DNA of 64,000 nucleotides from Callorhinchus milii (Eukaryota), in contig NW_024704743.1 in assembly GCF_018977255.1 (NCBI RefSeq), forward strand, positions 109,494,001-109,558,000, in the 5' to 3' direction. How positions within the stretch are numbered: position 1 is the first letter of the stretch; the number at the start of each line of letters is the position of its first letter. Of this stretch, positions 62,160 through 64,000 are shown in pieces. A program made the position numbers and the translations under genes. Under the pieces are notes generated by a model. That model worked only from the letters and a program-made list of their open reading frames with translations, was not told the DNA's origin and did not search any database.

Positions 62160-64000
62160 TTTCACATTTTTTGCATTTGTAATGCTGAAGAATTAAGCTT
62201 CTTCTATTTTTCCTTCAAGTTTCTGTATTCTGCGTGAGTTCTGTCCTCATTAGACAATCAGTTGTCTACAGTGTGCTGAGAAACTCATTGAAATACAGGC
62301 ATATCAATCAGAGATTTACATATATATTCCCATTCAATGATGAATGTTTCTTTTTGGCCATTCACTGCACTTCTCACAGAAAATGTTTTAGCATCTCACC
62401 AGACAGTGTCCTCTTTCTTTCAAAAGCAATATTGCCAGACACGAGTCAGCATGGAACACAAAATCAAATGCTGCCTCTGTGAATATTTTATAAAAGAGTC
62501 ACCTTCACTGGGGATTAGGTCAACATCTCTGTGTAAAGTTCATATAACAATACACAAAGGATGTGCAGCAAGATCTGATAAGAAACAGGGGGCAGCCTTG
62601 TTTGGTGCATTGAAGCTGAAATCCCTGTGTTTGATATTACGCTTTATCACATTCAAATGGCTCAAAGTTTTTCATAAAGTGTAGGACTGTGTATTTTGAG
62701 GATGAACGCAACAGCCAATTTGTGCACAGCAGAGTCCCACAAACAGCCATGAAGTGAATGGCCATTTTTTGTAGGGGAGTTGGGGAGGGGGTGTGTTGTG
62801 GGGGCAGGGGGGCATTGAGGGAGAATACACTGGGAGAAACTCCCTAATCTTTTCAAAAAGTGTCTCAGTATCTTTTGATGTCCATCTGTACAGGATGACG
62901 GGACCTTGGATTTAACATTCCAAGCCGGCAAATAAATTGTTTCATAGTAAATTCTGTGAAGCGCTTTGAGACATCTTCCTGACATTAAAGGGCGCTACAC
63001 CAAATCACCAAATGTAAGGATTAGCTGTATTACCTCTCCACTAACAAGTTTTGTGGTCAGTTTGGTGTCTGACAGATGCCGAAACCCATCACAATGAAGA
63101 ATATCCAAACCAGACTGAGAGTTCCAACACCGATGTGTAGTTTTTCATAACATGAGCTGTTTGTTACTTAACACAAGGATGGGTGAAGGTTACACCGCAA
63201 ACTTCATATATAACTTTACACTTGCATATAGTCTCTGCTCACTCCTGTGGGCCGCCATTCTGAAAATTCCTGCTAGCTCCTTCACTGATCTTCATTAATG
63301 AGTCAGACCAGCAGAAATAAAATGCAGCAAACCAATTATTTTTAGTTTTAGTTGGATTTCCTGATATGCGGTGCTGAAATGTCTCGTTAAGGTCCCAGCA
63401 ACAGAATTTTAAATCGGTAAAGAATAATGTAATAATCATAGCATTTGATATGGCGCCTTCTAGTGTCGTCGGAAAATATCTCAAAATACTTCACAGGATT
63501 TTCACTGTATATTTTGTAGGTGAACTCGGTTTCACATCTCATCCACAGGACATCAGAATCTGTTGGACTGTACGATTGTGCCAAGTTACTGCCGGGGCAG
63601 AGGGTGAAGGATGATGGTTGAGAGTTGGGAGGAGAGGAAGAGAATTCCATTTACAAAAAAGTACCAAATATCATCGGCAAATTCTCATGTAATCACATGT
63701 GAATAATGCTTGGACAATGTAGCATCCGCTCAGCATTCAATGAGCTCAAATCCCAACATGGCGCTTGATCCCAATTGAGGTGGACTGATTAACATCTAGT
63801 CGATGAGAGATGAAGAGCAAGGAGGAGGAAGAGGCGGAGAGATGGTAATTGAATTATTAAATTGCGGACTATTTTGCTTGCAGGGAACATAAATTCTCAA
63901 GATAGAAAGCACAATGAAGCATGGACCAATTTACAAGGAAATAAATATACATTTTGCCCTATTCTGAGTCATAATAATAATAATAATTCTTGCACTTGAT

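Noticed and set aside
1..64000. CRISPR-like array, operon or known miRNA
   Set aside because: The recurrent hairpin motif is dispersed at irregular spacing as retroelement tails; no cas-like ORFs and no mature miRNA sequence that I recognise

Overview
Eukaryotic, repeat-dominated non-coding DNA (intergenic or a large intron). It is most consistent with a cartilaginous fish (chimaera/shark-like), inferred only from the repeat repertoire. I recognise no host protein-coding gene, RNA gene or prokaryotic system. Every ORF with a recognisable product is a retrotransposon remnant: CR1-clade LINEs (zinc-finger/esterase ORF1, endonuclease-RT ORF2) and L2-clade LINEs (one copy retains an RT core with YADD). 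The window also holds many tRNA-derived SINEs (an older Deu-domain type and a younger tRNA-Ala-headed type in long and short variants), TA-flanked fold-back MITEs, a Penelope-like palindromic repeat with a hammerhead-ribozyme-like core, an unclassified multi-module repeat, microsatellites, and several repeat-free islands that look like conserved non-coding enhancers (CTCF, RFX, PBX/MEIS motifs). The most interesting signals are a covarying 3' stem-loop shared by L2 and both SINE types, the hammerhead-like fold-back unit sitting inside a split SINE, multi-level nested insertions with readable target-site duplications, and the unclassified repeat. Family names are by-eye assignments and boundaries are approximate.
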